Positions 54,700-63,980 of a DNA stretch of 64,000 nucleotides are shown here, piece after piece. The notes beneath the pieces were generated by a model, which was not told where the DNA came from, did no database searches, and worked only from the letters and a program-made list of their open reading frames with translations. Position numbers and translations under genes: made by a program. How positions within the stretch are numbered: the first letter of the stretch is position 1; every line of letters starts with the position of its first letter. Origin of the DNA: Anaerolineae bacterium (GTDB lineage Bacteria; Chloroflexota; Anaerolineae; Anaerolineales; UBA4823); assembly GCA_041301185.1 (NCBI GenBank), contig JBFYSV010000347.1:1697-65696 (forward strand). The letters are read 5' to 3'.

Positions 54700-55017
54700 A
54701 TGAAATACGCAATTGTTGAAGACGGTGGAAAACAGTACAAAGCCGTCGAAGGTAGTACGATCGATGTTGACCATTTTGCTTCTGAGATCGGTGAGCAACT
54801 TGATCTGGAAAGAGTGCTGCTCATTTCAGACGATGGCGGTGTAACTGTTGGCACCCCCCTGGTGCAAGGTGCGAAGATCCAGGCAACAGTGGTTGAACAG
54901 ATCAAAGGCGATAAGATCGTTGTATTCAAATACAAACCCAAGAAACGTTACCGCGTCAAAAGCGGTCACCGGCAGAAGTATACACGATTGAAGATTGACT
55001 CGATCGCTGTGGAATAG
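54700..55017 (+). CDS. rplU: 50S ribosomal protein L21
   Basis: [19 protein letters not shown]...[23 protein letters not shown] at 54688-54693; the ORF track starts at 54679. Confidence 0.95.
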   Translation: MKYAIVEDGGKQYKAVEGSTIDVDHFASEIGEQLDLERVLLISDDGGVTVGTPLVQGAKIQATVVEQIKGDKIVVFKYKPKKRYRVKSGHRQKYTRLKIDSIAVE

Positions 55018-55028
55018 GAGAAGGTGAG

Positions 55029-55307
55029 ATGGCGCATAAGAAAGGTGGCGGCTCCAGCCGCAATGGTCGTGATAGCCAGTCCCAACGTCTGGGTGTAAAG
55101 GTTTTTGGTGGTCAGCAGGTTATCTCTGGGAATATTCTTGTCCGGCAGCGTGGCACACGCATCAAACCGGGACGCAATGTTGGGCGCGGGAGAGATGACA
55201 CGTTGTTCGCGACGATGGATGGTGTTGTGTTCTACGAAACCATTCGTGATGATCGAAAACGGGTGAATGTGCTGACAATGGAAGAGTACACTGCCCTTAT
55301 TTCTTGA
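55029..55307 (+). CDS. rpmA: 50S ribosomal protein L27
   Basis: [29 protein letters not shown]...RQRGT. Confidence 0.95.
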   Translation: MAHKKGGGSSRNGRDSQSQRLGVKVFGGQQVISGNILVRQRGTRIKPGRNVGRGRDDTLFATMDGVVFYETIRDDRKRVNVLTMEEYTALIS

Positions 55308-55360
55308 GAGAATTCAGCACAACATGCTCTCGAGAAAATTTTGAAAGGTGATTATATATT

Positions 55361-55834
55361 ATGAAGTCAGATACCCACCCCACTTTTTATACCGATGCCA
55401 AAGTAATCTGTGCATGTGGTAATACCTGGACGACTGGCTCGACAAAGAAGGTTATCCATACCGACGTATGCTCACGTTGCCATCCCTTCTTCACCGGCGA
55501 GCAGCGTATTGTCGACTCCGAAGGACAGGTGGATCGCTTTTACCGCAAACTGCAAGCCCGCCAGCAGTATTTGGACGATCGCGAGGCTCGCGAGTCAGCT
55601 CGCACATCGCCAGAACGTCCAATCGCTGAACTGGAGCTAGGTCCCCGGGCTGTAGATGCGCTTGCTAAAGCCGGCATCACTCATGTCGGTCAGGTGCTGG
55701 AAAAACTTGCCCTTGGCGAGGACACCCTTCTATCGATCGATGGTTTTGGTCGTAAATCGCTTTCCGATCTAAAGAAACGTCTCCGCCAGTTTGGTTATGC
55801 CATGCCCGAAGCTGGTGAAGAGATCACAGTATAG
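55361..55834 (+). CDS. rpmE: 50S ribosomal protein L31 (Zn-ribbon type) with a C-terminal RpoA-alphaCTD-like helix-hairpin-helix domain
   Basis: aa 1-65 are a canonical L31 (HPTFY...CACG...CSRCHPFFTG...VDRFYRK). aa 87-146, IAELELGPRAVDALAKAGITHVGQVLE...LLSIDGFGRKSLSDLKKRL, match the alphaCTD pattern. Confidence 0.85.
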   Translation: MKSDTHPTFYTDAKVICACGNTWTTGSTKKVIHTDVCSRCHPFFTGEQRIVDSEGQVDRFYRKLQARQQYLDDREARESARTSPERPIAELELGPRAVDALAKAGITHVGQVLEKLALGEDTLLSIDGFGRKSLSDLKKRLRQFGYAMPEAGEEITV

Positions 55835-55872
55835 CTTCCTGGCATACTTCATCAGGTATTCAATGGTGATAA

Positions 55873-55911
55873 CCCCTCTCAGAGTGATTTTTTCTGAGAG
55901 GGGATTTTATT
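55873..55911 (+). terminator. Intrinsic terminator after rpmE
   Basis: CCCCTCTCAG / CTGAGAGGGG stem followed by ATTTTATT. Confidence 0.75.
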
Positions 55912-56020
55912 AAGCCGTGTTGGATGTCTTGCTAACGGGCAGGTGTGATAGAATTTCCCATCAGGTACGGAAAGGTCGGCTCCTGCGAACCCGAAATTCT
56001 TCTATCTTCACGAGGGAATC

Positions 56021-56593
56021 ATGAAACATCATACTGGCTCGATAGAGGTCATCACTGGCTCCATGTTTTGTGGCAAAACGGATGAGTTGATCCGCCGTCT
56101 GCGCCGAGCAACGATCGCCCGCCAGAAGGTCCAGGTATTTAAACCCGCAATCGATAACCGATATGCGGTCGAGAAAGTTACTTCCCATGCCGGTAGCGAG
56201 TTTGACGCCCTGCCCATTCGTAATGCACGGGAAATCCTGGACTACCTCAACAAGGATACGACCGTAATTGCCGTCGACGAATGCCAATTCTTTGATGCCG
56301 CGATTAATATTATTTGCCAGAAACTGGCCGACCAGGGGTTGCGTGTCATTGTGGCAGGATTGGATACAGACTTTAGAGGCGAGCCTTTCGGACCAATGCC
56401 GGCACTCATGGCTCAGGCAGAACGCGTTGACAAGCTGCATGCCATCTGCATGGTGTGTGGCGAGTCTGCTTCACGAACCCAGCGCCTGGTGGATGGGCGT
56501 CCCGCCCATTATGATGAGCCGGTAGTTGTTGTCGGGGCAGCAGAAATGTACGAGGCGCGCTGCCGTGAGCACCATGAAGTACCGAGGGATTAA
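56021..56593 (+). CDS. tdk: Thymidine kinase
   Basis: P-loop [21 protein letters not shown] and the Zn site C..CG...R. Confidence 0.95.
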   Translation: MKHHTGSIEVITGSMFCGKTDELIRRLRRATIARQKVQVFKPAIDNRYAVEKVTSHAGSEFDALPIRNAREILDYLNKDTTVIAVDECQFFDAAINIICQKLADQGLRVIVAGLDTDFRGEPFGPMPALMAQAERVDKLHAICMVCGESASRTQRLVDGRPAHYDEPVVVVGAAEMYEARCREHHEVPRD

Positions 56594-56595
56594 TC

Positions 56596-57153
56596 ATGCA
56601 GGATTATCACGAATTCTTGTCCGAAATTTTGATCACCGAAGACCAGCTCAGGCAGCGAATTGCTGAGCTCGGCGCGGAGATCAGCCATGATTACCAGGGT
56701 AACGTGTTGCACCTGGTGTGTATTTTGCGGGGTGGGGTGCTCTTTCTGGGTGACCTGATGCGCCAGCTTACAGTACCCAATACGATCGATTTCATGGCTG
56801 TGTCCTCCTACGGGGTTGGAGCCAGACAATCTACCGGACAGGTCAGGATAAGCCTGGACTTAAAAGAGGATATTCGCGACCGGCATGTTTTATTGGTGGA
56901 AGACATCGTGGACAGCGGTTACACCATTGCTACGGTAATGGAATTTCTGGCTACCCGCCATCCAGCCAGCTTAAAGGTCTGTACCTTGCTGGATAAAGAG
57001 GAGCGCCGGGAAACATTTGTCCCTATCCATTACTGTGGTTTTAAGATCCCGGATAAGTTTGTGTTTGGTTATGGGTTGGATATCGACGAGTTATACCGGA
57101 ACCTGCCGTTTATTGGTGCCGTGGATCCCATCCGGTACCGGCCTCCCAAATAA
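56596..57153 (+). CDS. hpt: Hypoxanthine(-guanine) phosphoribosyltransferase
   Basis: PRPP motif VLLVEDIVDSGYT, plus FVFGYGLD. Confidence 0.9.
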   Translation: MQDYHEFLSEILITEDQLRQRIAELGAEISHDYQGNVLHLVCILRGGVLFLGDLMRQLTVPNTIDFMAVSSYGVGARQSTGQVRISLDLKEDIRDRHVLLVEDIVDSGYTIATVMEFLATRHPASLKVCTLLDKEERRETFVPIHYCGFKIPDKFVFGYGLDIDELYRNLPFIGAVDPIRYRPPK

Positions 57154-57215
57154 GCCGTAGAGCTGCACAGCGGCGAAATTGCGAAAGCCAATAATCACTC
57201 CTGGATATTGCTAAA

Positions 57216-58724
57216 GTGGATACTACTCTGAGCGATTCTCCAATCCATTCCTTACCCTGGATAAAGCAAATCCGCGCCAGGCTTGCGAGCACAGACTCGC
57301 TTCACCTGGTTGGTGGAGCGGTCCGTGACCTGTTGCTCAAACGTGAAATCCACGATATGGATTTTATCGTTCCCCAAGGCGCCTTACAATTCTCGCGCCG
57401 GGTTGCCAATCAGCTGGGAGGCGCGTTTTATCCATTGGATAAAGAACGTGAAACCGGACGTGTCATCCAGATGGATGATTCGGGTAAGAAGTGGCATTTG
57501 GATTTTGCCGTCTATCGTGGAACGGATCTGGATAGCGATTTGCGGGGGCGGGATTTTACCATCAATGCCATGGCGATCGATCTACACCAGCCTGGAAGCA
57601 TCTACGATCCCCTTGGTGGGGCTTTAGATTTGCACCGCAAGCAGCTGAGGACCTGTACGCCAGCCAGCCTGGAGGACGACCCTGTCCGAATTTTACGCGC
57701 AATCCGGTTTGCCGCGGCTTACCAGATGCGCATTGAGCCAGAGACCTTGAGGAACATGCAACGCCTGGTGAGTCGCCTGGGGGAAGTATCTCCTGAGCGT
57801 TTGCGGGATGAGTTCTTTCGGATTTTGGAAGACCCACACCCTGTAATTTGCTTGCGGGTGTTAGATTATATCGGCGGGCTGAGGGTCATGTTCCCGGAGT
57901 TGGAACTGTTGCGGGGATTGCCACAACCACCCCCACATACTTTGGATGGGTGGGCGCATACCCTGGAGGTAGTTTCCCGTCTTAGCCAGGTGCTCGGTGT
58001 GCTCGGTGTGCCTTATGACGAAGAGTCGGCTTCTAATCTAAACGCAGGTTTAATTGTTTTACAACTGGGCCGCTACCGAGACCAGATTAGTACACTGTTG
58101 CAATCGGAGCTCAGTGAGGGGCGAACGCAACGATCTTTGTTGTTTTTCGCTGCACTGTTCCATGATGTTGGCAAGTCACAGACTATACAGACTGATGAGA
58201 CAGACCGGATCAGATTCTTCGACCATGATAAAGCTGGCAGCTCGATCGTGTCTGACCGGGCGCGGGTGATGCACCTGAGCGGGGTGGAAATCGATCGTCT
58301 TAAATTGCTAGTGCAAACTCATATGCGACCGATATTATTGTCGAATGCTGGCTCTCACCCATCCCGCAAAGCGATCTATCGTTTCTTCCGTGACACGGGA
58401 GAAGCTGGTGTTGTGGTTTGCCTGCTATCCCTGGCAGACATGTGGGGTACGTATGGTTCCGCCCTGCCACAGACTGTCTGGCAAAATCATCTGGAGGTGG
58501 TGCGCTCTTTGCTTTGTGCCTTTTGGGAAAAACCGGAAGAAAGCGTGTCTCCTCCGGCGCTCATCAACGGGAATCAACTGATGGCAGAATTGAGGATTGA
58601 TCCGGGACCATTGGTAGGCGAATTGTTGGATGAGATTCGGGAAGCACAAGCCACAGGCCTGGTTGAGAGTCCGGCACAGGCGCTAGATCTGGCTCGTTCA
58701 CTGCTCGCTAAACAAAAGCTTTAA
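57216..58724 (+). CDS. cca: CCA-adding tRNA nucleotidyltransferase / poly(A) polymerase family with an HD domain
   Basis: GGAVRDLLL...DMDF head domain, RDFTINA, and HD motif FHDVGK. GTG start. Confidence 0.85.
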   Translation: MDTTLSDSPIHSLPWIKQIRARLASTDSLHLVGGAVRDLLLKREIHDMDFIVPQGALQFSRRVANQLGGAFYPLDKERETGRVIQMDDSGKKWHLDFAVYRGTDLDSDLRGRDFTINAMAIDLHQPGSIYDPLGGALDLHRKQLRTCTPASLEDDPVRILRAIRFAAAYQMRIEPETLRNMQRLVSRLGEVSPERLRDEFFRILEDPHPVICLRVLDYIGGLRVMFPELELLRGLPQPPPHTLDGWAHTLEVVSRLSQVLGVLGVPYDEESASNLNAGLIVLQLGRYRDQISTLLQSELSEGRTQRSLLFFAALFHDVGKSQTIQTDETDRIRFFDHDKAGSSIVSDRARVMHLSGVEIDRLKLLVQTHMRPILLSNAGSHPSRKAIYRFFRDTGEAGVVVCLLSLADMWGTYGSALPQTVWQNHLEVVRSLLCAFWEKPEESVSPPALINGNQLMAELRIDPGPLVGELLDEIREAQATGLVESPAQALDLARSLLAKQKL

Positions 58725-58746
58725 ATCAATTTTAGGGAAGGAATCC

Positions 58747-59043
58747 TTATGGGTAGATTTCATTCAGCATGGGTTCGTAAAAACACCGGCAACCCAGGCT
58801 ATGTGAGCATCCTTCAATAGGCAGATGTGGAGCAAGATCCTTGTCATAGGTTCCTTCTGCTAACCGGCAGGCGGGACAGCAGTTGTGAGCAACGACAAGG
58901 CGTATATTTTTTACACGCGGGTTAGCCTGAAGCCGTTTCAGAGAAACAGCAGTACTGGAAAACTCCCTCAAGTCCGCCTGGCAATTTATGCAATGTGTGG
59001 CTGAATCTGGCGACTGGGTGTAGCATTTGGTACAGGTCTGCAC
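58747..59043 (-). CDS. Cys-rich small protein with an N-terminal zinc ribbon, unknown function
   Basis: 98 aa. CTKC-x11-CINC, then further Cys (CCPAC, GCSHSLGCRC). Same strand as, and downstream of, the receiver gene. Confidence 0.55.
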   Translation of the reverse strand: MQTCTKCYTQSPDSATHCINCQADLREFSSTAVSLKRLQANPRVKNIRLVVAHNCCPACRLAEGTYDKDLAPHLPIEGCSHSLGCRCFYEPMLNEIYP

Positions 59044-59181
59044 GTCTCCGCCTCCGTGGGTTGTTTGAATAATTGTAATCGATCCTGTACTGCTGCGATA
59101 TGCGAATTTAGCGGAATGAACACATCCTCCAAGGTATGTTGGAGGATGTTGGGCTTTTTATCACCATTAGCACGGATTTAT

Positions 59182-59691
59182 TTACAGTCGGAGCAAAGGC
59201 AAATTGGTATTATTGGATTCTTGCTCTGCCCGCGCCCGCCGGGCAAGCCTTTTTAGGTGAGCGATCAGTACACTACTGGGCATTGGTTTGAGCAGGTAGT
59301 CGTCTGCTCCCTCATCCAGGGCACGCGCGATAATCCCGGGTTTGCTGATAGCGGAAAGTACAAGAATAGGAACCTGGCTAAATGTTCGAATCTCTTTACA
59401 CACCTCCCATCCATCCATTCCTGGCATAAGCAAATCCAGAACAACGACTTCTGGATTCAGGCGTTGGGTTGCTTCGATGCCTTCTGGTCCGGAATGTGCC
59501 TCATGCACATCGAATGCATTGGGTTCTAATACCAGGCGGAGCATCTCGGTCATTGCCTGATCATCGTCGATTACTAATATCCGCGTAAGCCCGTCCTTTT
59601 GCACCAAGGAATTCCTCTTCGTCAAAGTATCCATAGCCGCGGTAAGCTCTAACCCATTGGATGAGGGGTGGGCAATTTCCTGGCTATTCAT
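59182..59691 (-). CDS. Single-domain response regulator (receiver) with a roughly 35-aa N-terminal extension
   Basis: ILVIDDD, VVLDLLMPGMDG, LSAIS and YLLKP. Confidence 0.85.
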   Translation of the reverse strand: MNSQEIAHPSSNGLELTAAMDTLTKRNSLVQKDGLTRILVIDDDQAMTEMLRLVLEPNAFDVHEAHSGPEGIEATQRLNPEVVVLDLLMPGMDGWEVCKEIRTFSQVPILVLSAISKPGIIARALDEGADDYLLKPMPSSVLIAHLKRLARRARAEQESNNTNLPLLRL

Positions 59692-59913
59692 AGCTCCAAT
59701 TATGCATTAAAACCCCTGGGATTTACCTTACAAACACTTAACAGGTCATTTCGGTTCGTAGGCAAACCGCTGAAGACCACTTTGGAAAAATTGTAATTTG
59801 ATTAGCGATTTGTTTAAGCAATTCCCCGTCAATAGCCAGTCTTCTTTATTGACCTACTTTCAGCGAATTGCAGTAAAAGCCATTTTTAATAATCGGATTT
59901 TAAGAAAAAAGCC

Positions 59914-59942
59914 TTGCATCTTCATCAAAGAAAGGATATGAT
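59914..59942 (+). promoter_or_regulatory. Candidate promoter for the kinase-kinase-regulator operon
   Basis: TTGCAT, a 17-nt spacer, then TATGAT, about 40 nt upstream of the ATG at 59982. Confidence 0.4.
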
Positions 59943-59981
59943 TAGATCGAGCCGATACATACATCAGTCCATGGGGAATAG

Positions 59982-61145
59982 ATGACCGCCCTCGTTTCAT
60001 GCCCCAATTGTGAACTACCAGTAGACCCGCAAGCGCGTTTCTGCGATCATTGTGGCGTAAATCTGGCTGTAGCGGCTGTGGTTGCGGAAAGCAAGGTTGA
60101 GTTTTCCCTACCTCTGACCGAGGGCAAGATGGTCACACCGGAAATCCTGGTTCCACGTCTGGGGGATCTACTAATTGAGAAAGGGCTGATCAAGCCCGAA
60201 GATCTTAAACGAGCCCTTCAAAACCAGCAACAGAAAGCGGATCAGGGGACACCGGTCTTGCTGGGGTACGTACTCCGTGAGTTGCAGCTGATTGACCAAG
60301 AAACACTTGACCAGGTGGTGACACAACAAATCCTGGAGCTTCAAGCTGCTTTGAGACAATCAAATATGCAGCTGGAGCAAAGAATTCAAGAACGTACCCA
60401 GCAACTCCAGAATGCGCTGGAGAAGCTAACCGAGCACAACCGGTTGAAAGCGAATTTTATCGCCAATATCTCACACGAGCTCCGCACGCCTCTTACCCAT
60501 ATTAAAGGCTATCTGGATATCTTCTTGGAAGGTGGTTTCGGTGAGCTGAAGCCAGATCAGCGAGATGCCCTCCAGGTACTCAGGCGAGCAGAAGAGCGTC
60601 TCGAACGATTAATTGAGGATCTGATTCAGTTTTCGTTGGCCTCACGCGGAGAATTGACATTAGAATTAAGCCTGGTAAATTTAAATGACCTCGTCGATCG
60701 CGAGATAGAAAGTATGAAGCCCAGGGCGTATAGCGCAGGCATTGAGCTAATTAGCAAGGTATCCGCGAGCAATCTGCCGGTCAAATGTGATAGCGAGAAA
60801 ATGTCTTGGGTAATCTCCCATCTGCTGGATAATGCGGTGAAATTCACCGGAAGGGGAGGTAAAGTAGGGGTTGTCACGGATGATCGACGAGGATCGGCCG
60901 TTGTTGAAGTTCTGGATACCGGGATTGGTATCCCGCAAAATCGTCTGGACGAAATTTTTATGCCATTCCACCAACTGGATGGCTCACCTACCCGGCGTTA
61001 TGGAGGCACGGGCATCGGTCTTGCACTATGCAAGCAAATCATCGATGCACATCATGCCAGCCTCCGGGTATTCTCGGAGGTTGATAAAGGCTCGCGATTT
61101 GTTGTATCTGTACCGCTGGATGAAGATGAGAAAAGCTCACAATGA
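59982..61145 (+). CDS. Soluble histidine kinase: zinc ribbon + MshEN/T2SSE_N-like motif + coiled coil + HisKA + HATPase_c
   Basis: CPNC-x11-CDHC, RLGDLLIEKGLIKPEDLKRALQNQ, H-box SHELRTPLT, N-box LLDNAVKF and G-boxes DTGIGI, GGTGIGL. No TM segment. Confidence 0.85.
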   Translation: MTALVSCPNCELPVDPQARFCDHCGVNLAVAAVVAESKVEFSLPLTEGKMVTPEILVPRLGDLLIEKGLIKPEDLKRALQNQQQKADQGTPVLLGYVLRELQLIDQETLDQVVTQQILELQAALRQSNMQLEQRIQERTQQLQNALEKLTEHNRLKANFIANISHELRTPLTHIKGYLDIFLEGGFGELKPDQRDALQVLRRAEERLERLIEDLIQFSLASRGELTLELSLVNLNDLVDREIESMKPRAYSAGIELISKVSASNLPVKCDSEKMSWVISHLLDNAVKFTGRGGKVGVVTDDRRGSAVVEVLDTGIGIPQNRLDEIFMPFHQLDGSPTRRYGGTGIGLALCKQIIDAHHASLRVFSEVDKGSRFVVSVPLDEDEKSSQ

Positions 61146-62410
61146 GTACCCCAGAAGATATTAACGGTCCCGCAGTTCTACGTCCTGAGGAGCTGGAAGC
61201 AGTTTATACGATCAGCCGGGCGGTTGCCCAGGCGGTTAACCTGGATTCTGCACTGGATGAGATTATTAACCTTGCCCGACCGGTGTTTATCTTCGATAAT
61301 ATGGTGCTTTACCTAAAGAAGGGTGAAGAGGCTTTAGAACCGGCCTATGCCCGGGCAATCGGGCGGGGTCGATCTCACGAGGCTGACCTTGCCTGGGGCG
61401 AAACGACTGCCCACCAGGCGCTTCAAACCAACCAGGTTGCCATCCTCATCGAGAAGATGGAAAATTTTGAGACAGATCGCACCCGGCTGCGCTATTCCCT
61501 TGGATTACCATTGAGCTGGGGATCGGAAAACGCCCTGGGTGCGCTGGTTTTCATTCGTTTCGGTGGGCCATCTTTTAAACCAGACCAGATACGATTGTCC
61601 GAATTTATTGCTGTACATGTTGCCCAGTTAATGGGACATACTTATTTGGTTCAGCGGGTAGCCAGCCTGGAAGCAGAACGCCGGTTGAACCGCTTGCAGG
61701 AAGATTTTATTGCCACTGTGTCCCATGAGCTGCTCACACCGCTCGGCTTTATTAAAGGTTATGCAACCACGTTGCTCCGGGACGATATCGATTGGGATAG
61801 TAACACACGCCAGGAGTTCTTGAGCATAATCGATGACGAAGCAGATCGTCTGCGTGAGTTGATTGAGAACCTGATGGATTCTTCCCGATTACAGGCAGGC
61901 ACCCTGCGGATGAGCTTCCAGCCACTCCGATTGGATACCTTCCTCAAGGATATGGTCCTAAGAGCTGGATCACGCAACGAAGAAATTCAGATCTACCTTG
62001 ATCTAAAAATCAACGGTTTGCAAATCCAGGCTGATCCTACCCGGCTTGCCCAGGTATTCGATAACTTGCTTTCAAACGCAATCAAATATGCCCCAGGAGC
62101 GCAAGTCAAGATCACCCTGGCAAAGGAATCTGAACAAGCGCAGATGACGGTGAGCGATAATGGCCCGGGAATTGCATCGGAGAACCTGAAGAATCTGTTC
62201 AACAGGTTTTATCGGGTACCATCCAATAATGTGACGGTGCGAGGTACCGGTTTGGGTCTTTATATATGCCGCCGGATTATCCAGGCGCATGGGGGCGAAA
62301 TTACGGTTGAATCGGTTCTTGGAGAGGGAACAACCTTTCATATCTACCTTCCACTAGAGATGAAAGAAGTAACGGAAACCAGTATTTCACTAAGGGAGAG
62401 TAACCTATGA
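61142..62410 (+). CDS. GAF-domain histidine kinase
   Basis: GAF-like N-terminal half, H-box SHELLTPL, LLSNAIKY, DNGPGI and GTGLGLYICR. ATGA overlap with the upstream kinase. Confidence 0.85.
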   Translation: MSTPEDINGPAVLRPEELEAVYTISRAVAQAVNLDSALDEIINLARPVFIFDNMVLYLKKGEEALEPAYARAIGRGRSHEADLAWGETTAHQALQTNQVAILIEKMENFETDRTRLRYSLGLPLSWGSENALGALVFIRFGGPSFKPDQIRLSEFIAVHVAQLMGHTYLVQRVASLEAERRLNRLQEDFIATVSHELLTPLGFIKGYATTLLRDDIDWDSNTRQEFLSIIDDEADRLRELIENLMDSSRLQAGTLRMSFQPLRLDTFLKDMVLRAGSRNEEIQIYLDLKINGLQIQADPTRLAQVFDNLLSNAIKYAPGAQVKITLAKESEQAQMTVSDNGPGIASENLKNLFNRFYRVPSNNVTVRGTGLGLYICRRIIQAHGGEITVESVLGEGTTFHIYLPLEMKEVTETSISLRESNL

Positions 62411-63099
62411 GTGCCCGCATCTTGATTGTAGACGATGAACCACGTTACTTACGCTTAATGGAAGCCAACTTGATCACCGAGGGCTTCCAGGTGATCAAAG
62501 CCACCAATGGACAGGAAGCTGTGGATATTGTGGCCTCCCAGCAACCTGACCTGGTGTTATTGGATATCATGATGCCAATCCTGGATGGTTTTGGGGCATG
62601 TGAGCGGATCCGCGAGTTTTCCAGTGTGCCGATCATCATGGTGACTGCTCGTGGGGAAGAAAATGCGCGCGTCCGAGGTCTTGATTTAGGGGCTGATGAT
62701 TATATTGTCAAGCCTTTCTCAGCGACAGAGCTACTGGCCCGGGTGCGGGCTGTTCTGCGGCGTGTGAAAACTTCCGGCGGGACACAACAGGCAGTGTTCA
62801 CTCACGGCAATCTACGGATTGATTTTGCCCGGGCAGAAGTGTTTCGCGGCGAACGGATTGTGTATTTATCGGCTACTGAATACCGTCTATTGCTGCAATT
62901 TGCCCACAATATTGGCAAGGTGCTCAACTCTGAGGAGCTTTTGACCAATGTGTGGGGACCCGAGTATGGTGATGATAAAGAGATCCTGTGGGTCAGTATC
63001 TCCCGGCTACGCCAAAAGCTGGAAGATGATCCCAAGAACCCAACCCATATTGTTACCCGGTCTGGACTGGGATACACGATGCCCCCACTCCAGGATTAA
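62407..63099 (+). CDS. OmpR/PhoB-family response regulator (receiver + winged helix)
   Basis: ILIVDDEP, LVLLDIMMPILDG, DDYIVKPF and the C-terminal LSATEYRLL...RLRQKLE...GLGY. Confidence 0.9.
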   Translation: MSARILIVDDEPRYLRLMEANLITEGFQVIKATNGQEAVDIVASQQPDLVLLDIMMPILDGFGACERIREFSSVPIIMVTARGEENARVRGLDLGADDYIVKPFSATELLARVRAVLRRVKTSGGTQQAVFTHGNLRIDFARAEVFRGERIVYLSATEYRLLLQFAHNIGKVLNSEELLTNVWGPEYGDDKEILWVSISRLRQKLEDDPKNPTHIVTRSGLGYTMPPLQD

Positions 63100-63302
63100 G
63101 CTGGTTCATATGAACCTGTCATATCTATTAGGGATGATCTGAATAAGCAAGTCAACTGGTCGTTTCTGCTATAATGTTGGCGTTATTCTAAATTGGCAAT
63201 ATGCTGAACAAGCACGGAATGATTGCAGCATTAGACCACTAACGGATCAGCGGGTCTGGGTTCTTGCCTCTGTCTGACCTGGGAATCATAGGAGCAGCCG
63301 GG

Positions 63303-63980
63303 ATGGTTAATCCAACGACATTAAGTCTGCGAGCAAAAAAGCTAGGAGCGTTAATCACCGATGCCCGCCTGGCTTCCCGGAGGAGTATCGAGGAGTGCTC
63401 TGCAGCATTGGGCATGCCTGCAGCTACGTATGAAGCATATGAACAAGGGCAGAGATCGCCATCACTTCCCGAGCTGGAATTTCTGGCTTATTACCTGAAA
63501 GTTCCCATAGAGCATTTTTGGGGCAGCCAAACGCTGGCGGACAAAACCGATACAGACCAGAGAGTGGATGTTGAGAAGCTGATTAGCTTGCGGAACCGCA
63601 TGATTGGCGCCCAGCTGCGGATGGCGCGGACACGTGCCGGTTTCTCATTAGATGAGCTTTCCCAAAAATCCGGCCTGTCAATCAGCCAGCTTGAAACGTA
63701 TGAGCTGGGTTTACAGCCAGTCCCGGTACCGTTACTCGATGCCCTGAACGATCTAATGGGCGTTCCGGTGAAGGAATATTACGATAAGAAAGGTCCGGTA
63801 GGGCAGTGGTTTCATCAACAACGAGTTGTCCAGGATTTTTTAGAGATGCCAGCGGATTTACAGGCTTTTGTATCCAAGCCAGTTAACCAACCTTATATAG
63901 AAATGGCTGTACGCTTGAGTGGCATGTCGGTAGAGAAGCTGAGAGCGGTAGCCGAAGTATTATTAGAAATCACCTTCTAG
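63303..63980 (+). CDS. Transcriptional regulator with two XRE-type helix-turn-helix domains
   Basis: Two HTH_XRE-like units (RRSIEECSAALGMPAATYEAYEQGQRSPS and GFSLDELSQKSGLSISQLETYELGLQPVP). AGGAG lies 8 nt upstream of ATG 63303; the ORF opens at TTG 63264. Confidence 0.7.
   Translation: MVNPTTLSLRAKKLGALITDARLASRRSIEECSAALGMPAATYEAYEQGQRSPSLPELEFLAYYLKVPIEHFWGSQTLADKTDTDQRVDVEKLISLRNRMIGAQLRMARTRAGFSLDELSQKSGLSISQLETYELGLQPVPVPLLDALNDLMGVPVKEYYDKKGPVGQWFHQQRVVQDFLEMPADLQAFVSKPVNQPYIEMAVRLSGMSVEKLRAVAEVLLEITF

Noticed and set aside
54336-54941. A 201-aa minus-strand ORF spanning the orphan unit, the rplU leader and the 5' half of rplU (also the 68-aa ORF at 54304-54510).
   Set aside because: It overlaps the unmistakable L21 gene in antisense and runs through two + strand promoters and a terminator. 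It has no homology features.
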